From the NCBI GenBank assembly GCA_965644295.1, contig CBFFRP010000271.1, positions 1 through 64,000 on the forward strand: a stretch of DNA of 64,000 nucleotides, given 5' to 3'. Numbering within the stretch: the first letter of the stretch is position 1; each line of letters starts with the position of its first letter. Made by a program: the position numbers and the translations under genes. Below, piece after piece: positions 63,647-64,000 of the stretch. A model generated the notes under the pieces. The model had not been told where the DNA came from, did not search any database, and saw only the letters and a program-made list of their open reading frames with translations. The DNA is from Paraphysomonas bandaiensis (Eukaryota; Protista; Chrysophyceae).

Positions 63647-63719
63647 GGTCTGCTGGCGTAATGGATAGCGCGCCACACTTCGGATGTGGAGGTTCTCGGT
63701 TCGAGTCCGAGGTAGATCG
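63647..63719 (+). tRNA. tRNA-Arg (anticodon UCG)
   Basis: Cloverleaf: acceptor GGTCTGC/GTAGATC, D arm GCGT/GCGC, anticodon arm CCACA-CT TCG GA-TGTGG, T arm CTCGG-TTCGAGT-CCGAG. A T-run terminator follows. Confidence 0.95.
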
Positions 63720-64000
63720 AACTCGTTTTTGTGCTTTTTTTACTGGATGATGTATGTGGTATACAGCAGCTATACGTACGCTTTGTGTTCATACGATCAT
63801 ACTTGTACTCCTCTGCCTCCTTTTTTTAGGTTATCTCACACATCCCAAACCACAGCAAACCTACATCTGGTGTGCAACAGTTACAATTGCACAGATAACA
63901 TTTACCTTCATTGTTGGAGGACCCTGCAAGCTGAAGGAAGTCTGTGAAACTTATCTGATAACTAAGTTATACTCCGATAATGTCTGGTTGTAATTCGAAT

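Overview
Eukaryotic nuclear DNA: AT-rich intergenic sequence, 45-58 nt GT-AG introns, and a BBS4 gene that implies a flagellated cell. A stramenopile (possibly chrysophyte-like) protist is my inference only. Host genes are a UNC-93-like MFS transporter divergent from an intronless bacterial-type ectoine hydroxylase (EctD) with an N-terminal hydrophobic leader, RPS10, eIF3h, BBS4, a small spliced orphan gene, a large FG-GAP-like type I membrane protein and tRNA-Arg(UCG). About half the window is repetitive. (1) A young Ty3/gypsy chromovirus-like element has several unusual traits: LFDN instead of YxDD in RT, a CCCH finger in Gag, an in-frame UGA gag-pol junction and no tRNA PBS. (2) A young Ty1/copia element has TATT...TATT LTR ends. 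(3) A 5'-truncated LINE (RT plus RNase H) is flanked by a 1,330-bp direct duplication. (4) A structured, non-tRNA SINE-like family shares the LINE 3' end. (5) There are relic Tc1/mariner, hAT and PIF elements. (6) A 9.7-kb tandem array of 42 units has monomers that each look like a complete spliceable intron plus a 141-nt in-frame exon. All alignments and counts were made by eye; no database searches were run.
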